From positions 2,294,001 to 2,358,000 of the forward strand of contig NC_081333.1 of the NCBI RefSeq assembly GCF_022539665.2: DNA of 64,000 bases. The letters run 5' to 3'. Position numbers and translations under genes: made by a program. Below are positions 60,365-64,000 of the stretch, in pieces. The notes under the pieces were generated by a model. The model was not told where the DNA came from and made no database searches. It saw only the letters and a list, made by a program, of their open reading frames with translations. This DNA is from Daphnia carinata. Lineage: Eukaryota. Position 1 is the stretch's first letter. Every line of letters starts with the position of its first letter.

Positions 60365-63300
60365 CGGCTTTTAACGATTCCTTATGTAATCGACTGTCTT
60401 CCTCTCCCTTTTGTTTTGCAATTCGCCCCCACACCCAGAATATCCAACTGTTTAATTTCTCGCCTCCTTTCTCTTCTTCTATTTACGTTAAAAAAACACG
60501 CACTGACGCGAACGCACAAAAGAAACAAATCCAACAAGTTCGTTTAATAATTTTTTCAATTTCCTTCTTCGTTTGAGGCCTTTAAGATTGGCCCATGTTG
60601 ATCGAAAACGTCTCGGTAGTGACACGATGTTATGTCCAGTTCACCTCTTGAAGAAAAAAACAAACAAAAAAACAAACGAGATTCACTTGCAGGACATGAT
60701 GACGACTAGTAGGAACATCGTAGAGACGTTGATCTTTTTTTTGTTTTCCCCTTTCACTCTGTCGTTCTTTTGTTTTCCTTTGTGGCTGCACGACAATCAA
60801 AGAGCCATTCCGTGGCTCTTTAGACGATTCTTCCCTTTGAATGGAAAGTGATTTGTAGCCGTTGATATCCACCGTAACATCCCCCACCCCGCTCGCTTTC
60901 TGTTCGACGAACAAGCGGTTGGTTGTGCGAGTTTTTTCTTGGTTTCGCTTTACCCGATCATCCCTTCGATTCACCGACTCTCGATGATCGACTGCGAGTG
61001 GCCGACGATTACGTCAAACGCCAGTGACGTCATGACGCGCAGATTTCATTGTCCTCCTTCCTTTCGAGTCTTCCTGTTTTGCGCACATCAAAGAGACAAA
61101 ATAAAAACGTTAGTTTTTTTGTTTTTTTTTAAAGAACGCAATTTTTCAAAATGAGTCAATGGGGCGCAAGTAAAAAAAAAAAAAAAAAAATGAACAAAAC
61201 GGCAAAAGTAATGGGGCCTTTTTGAAAAATTCGTTTCCCGTCTATTCGCTTATTTAAATAGCAGGTAATATATCTATGTGTATCACGAGCTGCAAGCTAA
61301 ACGCTGCACGCGCAAAGTATACGTATCCGCAGCAGACACGTCTGGACCAATTTTTTTTTTCTCTTTTCTAAATGAAGTTGACGAATTCCTTTGCCCTATT
61401 TCCGTGTGCGCAGCGGAGGTGTGTCTGACTTCAGCTCATCCACTCTTTGGCGAGACTCCGTGGACGAGCACGGCATCGTTGATGACTTACGGCTAGACTG
61501 GACTCACCAAAAAAAAAAAAAAAAAAAAAAAATTGGAAGTACACGGAGCTCTGGGTACCAAATGGCGCTTTTACAAGAAAGATTTTTGTTTTGGTTTTAT
61601 TTATAAAAAAAAAAAAAAAAAAAAAAAATGGAAAGTACTGAGGCAAGGGCCAGAAAGGACTAGACAGGATAGCGCTGAAAATGAGATTAGGGACACAATG
61701 TGCGCTCCCGCTTCCCCCCCCACAAAGTGGAGGTTTTTTTTTTTTATTCCTGTTCGTCTGCGGTCTTGTTTCTTGGAATGACTGAACGATCTGTTTTCAT
61801 TATTTATGATTCAATTATCGTACGATTTCGAGGAAAAAAAAAAAAAAAATGGAAAAACGTACCAGACGACTTTTCTTTCTCTGTTTTTCTTTCGATGGCA
61901 AGCGCGAGGCGGAATTATTAAGAAATCCTGCTGCATTGCCGTCGATGTTTCATAAATAGCTCGTACATTTTAATTACAACGCACGATACGATAATGTGCA
62001 AAAAAGCAATGAAATTTTAATCAAATCCAGAAATATCGAAGCTTTTGACGACACTTGCCGTTCGCATTAACATTTTCCCGCACGATTAACTCGCTAAATG
62101 CATTGAGATTTGAATTCACTCAAAATTCATTTGATTTTTCCTGTCCATATCCAGAATATCAGGATTTAAAACTCCATTAAATACATTAGCAATGTTGCTA
62201 ATGCGTGGTGGGGACTTATAGAACCGGTGAATGGATCACTTGTCAATCATAACGATAGGCATTCAAACGATTTTCAATATTCGATGAGAAACGAACAATT
62301 AAGCGGAAGGGTTAAAAAAAAAAAAAAAAAAAAAATCACTGATATCTCGACGTTGAATTCTGAACTGAAAAAGCAATGACGTGATAACATTCCATTGTAT
62401 CGACAATGAAAATAATTGGGACGCTGACATTTGGACCTGATTTTTTTTTCCGCATTAATTGAACAAGAAAAAAAAAAAAAGATTGCTTATTATAATGCAC
62501 TTCATAAAAAAGAATTAACAAAAGACCGCCAAGGTCCGATTTCATGGCAACGGAAAACGAGAGAGAATAAGAATTGAGTAGACACCAACTATATTGATTA
62601 ATAGGAACGTTGTCTTTTGACTGCCGCCTTTTGCGGGGTATATTTGCTTTCAAGGCTTTTACGGATCATTAGGTTTAGCTCATTAAAATGCTATTTTTTT
62701 ACTCTGATGCGAAAGAGAAAAGACTGCTCGGATGATATTTCTCGTTTCGATCTTCATCGATTCTACAAATAAGCAGCAGCTTTGACCTTTTACGAAGCTG
62801 GGATGGGAGGAGGCTTAGGGATTCGACAGCGATGAAGGCGGGATGTTTTGTTTTTAACTTGTAAATGTCATTTTACAACTTGTCAGGTTTCTCGTTTGTG
62901 ACATAAGCGCGCATAATTCTATGTTGGACATAGCGTACGAGGCACATGCACGTTTCAGTTGTTTCTTGAAATATGCGAACAAGTTTAAGGAATGCTCGTC
63001 TGCGTTGAACAAAGACGTTTAAATATTTCCATAAGACAATCTGTAAAAGTCCGCCTTCCTAACTTGCGATGTTACGAATGAATGTTGCCAATGAATCTGG
63101 TTACATTCGGCTAAATAAATGTCGACAAAACATTTAATTTTAATGGCCTGTCGTCACAATCAAAAGATTGGAACATACGAATAAGAATTTTTAAGAATGA
63201 ATTCGCCACGTTCATTTATTTTTTTTTTTTTTCGTCTTAATTCCCACTAAATCAAAGTTTCGGTGAGACCAATTTCGTTTCAAAATGGCGCTTACACTAA

Positions 63301-64000
63301 CCTCGCACACTTGTCTTTTTTTTCCCGTTACTCCTTGGCCGCACCCTTCTGCAATTTAAAAGTATAAATCAACTTGCTTTTTTTTTTTCAACGACGTAGA
63401 AACTTGGGCGGAATAACGGCCAGAGGCAACAGGATCGCCCTTCTTTCGGCCATTAACTTTCCCCCTCTCCTTTCTATAAAAGAGTTGGCTTGATTTCTCT
63501 CAGTTGGAATCGGCGGATCCTCCTCCGGTCGTCCGGCCCTCCCCATTAAGACATACGACTTCAAGACAAAGAAAACGAACCAAAACACAAAAAAAGAAAA
63601 AAATATTCTAGAAGGAGGAAGCGTGCCCAAGTTGAATAAAGAAACTGGCACGAGACAAAAAAAAAAATTGTGAGCTTTTTCATTGATTACACAGGAGCGC
63701 AGAGGAACGCAGAGTTCCACCCACTCCGGCGTGAACACCTCCCTCCCCACTAGCCCGCGTCTGACAGTTGCTGGGCACAGGGTGCTTCCTTTCCTCCACT
63801 TAGGAACTGCTTAACGGCTCCTGCCATTCAAACGTATAATCACCCTTCATCATGTCTTTGAGCCGACTAGCGAACGTATAGAACAGGCGTTCCTTTATTT
63901 GCACAGCGAACACACACACACACACCCAGATTGATGAAGCTCTTAACTCAGTTTCGCCCTTCCTGCAAAAAAGAAATATCAGTATTTCTTTTTCAACTTT

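Overview
Eukaryotic, intron-rich DNA. Mostly ~55-100 nt GT-AG introns, long poly-A/T runs and arthropod-type proteins suggest a cladoceran crustacean such as Daphnia (inference). Five spliced protein-coding genes can be reconstructed by hand: TJAP1/BEGAIN-like (+, ~14.1-15.5 kb), INPP5E (-, 16.4-18.7 kb), a visual-type G-protein gamma subunit (+, 19.9-20.7 kb, probably CUG-initiated), DCAF13/SOF1 (+, 39.4-41.2 kb) and a Shaw/Kv3 potassium channel (-, 42.5-60.4 kb). Between G-gamma and DCAF13 lies a ~16 kb repeat-rich accessory block. Its centre is a ~7.2 kb TIR element that is almost a full palindrome, with decayed spliced gene copies in both arms, a near-identical GC-rich structured core, tRNA-like motifs at the axis and a ~2.1 kb nested insertion. 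The block also holds a 333 bp TTAA-flanked piggyBac-like MITE densely packed with RNA-type hairpins. I could not assign features to the first ~13.8 kb. All alignments and folds were done by eye.
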